From: a virus
Lineage: Duplodnaviria > Caudoviricetes
IMG/VR virus record: IMGVR_UViG_3300044267_000176
Coordinates: 1-25,247 of that record
DNA: 25,247 nt
Reading direction: 5' to 3' (one strand)
Position 1 is the first letter of the stretch; each line of letters begins with the position of its first letter. A program made the position numbers and the translations under genes. Shown piece by piece: positions 25,005 to 25,247 of the stretch. The notes under the pieces are model-generated. The model saw only the letters and a list, made by a program, of their open reading frames with translations, searched no databases and was not told the DNA's origin.

Positions 25005-25247
25005 AAAATTAATGACATTATTAGTTGGAATTCTACTGGCATTAGCTGGTTGGACTCTTACTAGAACGTTTGATCTCTCTACTAATCAAGCAGTACAGCT
25101 AGATAAAGTTTCTAAACTTGAAAGACAAGTAGAGAAATTAGAAGATCAACTAGATGATATGCAGGACTCTGATGAAGAGATTATGGAACAACACGAAAAA
25201 TTATTTAAAAAATTAGAACAAGGAAACACGGGGTATAGTTATAACTA
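24997..25247 (+). CDS. N-terminal TM plus coiled-coil protein (at least 83 aa, reaches window end)
   Basis: MIEKLMTLLVGILLALAGWTL followed by heptads (LDKVSKLERQVEKLEDQLDDM). The window ends with TA, possibly the start of the stop codon. Confidence 0.7.
   Translation, partial: MIEKLMTLLVGILLALAGWTLTRTFDLSTNQAVQLDKVSKLERQVEKLEDQLDDMQDSDEEIMEQHEKLFKKLEQGNTGYSYN

Noticed and set aside
1-25247. Stop-codon reassignment, DGR, CRISPR array, tRNA, integrase/att site
   Set aside because: Genes tile densely in the standard code with TAA, TAG and TGA all used as stops. By eye I found no reverse transcriptase, spaced direct repeats, cloverleaf or recombinase.

Overview
AT-rich segment of a tailed dsDNA phage genome, densely coding in the standard genetic code, with no cellular genes. 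From left to right it holds: (1) three tandem, divergent 2OG-Fe(II) oxygenase genes, the first truncated by the window edge; (2) a podovirus-like tail module of a 22-aa-repeat protein, a tail fibre-like protein, a 753-aa tail/nozzle-like protein and small structural proteins; (3) four probable internal virion/DNA-ejection proteins (644, 330, 444 and 1469 aa); (4) a lysis cassette of a small membrane protein and a peptidase M15 endolysin; (5) a lone minus-strand SNF2-like helicase, divergent from (6) a replication operon with a probable SSB, an AEP-family primase, a UvrD-like helicase, DUF3310 and a Leu762-type family A DNA polymerase; (7) small accessory genes. Gene content and low GC suggest a marine alphaproteobacterial, probably SAR11/Pelagibacter-type, podophage; this is inference and was not checked against a database. 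No capsid, portal, terminase, integrase, tRNA or CRISPR is visible. The most interesting signals are recurrent [F/Y]-x-x-GG motifs next to an antimicrobial-peptide-like amphipathic helix in the ejection proteins, a 55-aa Cys-rich peptide ending in an RNR-like CxxC tail, a PriL-like Cys cluster in the primase, two structured intergenic hairpins that are not terminators, and a palindromic divergent promoter.
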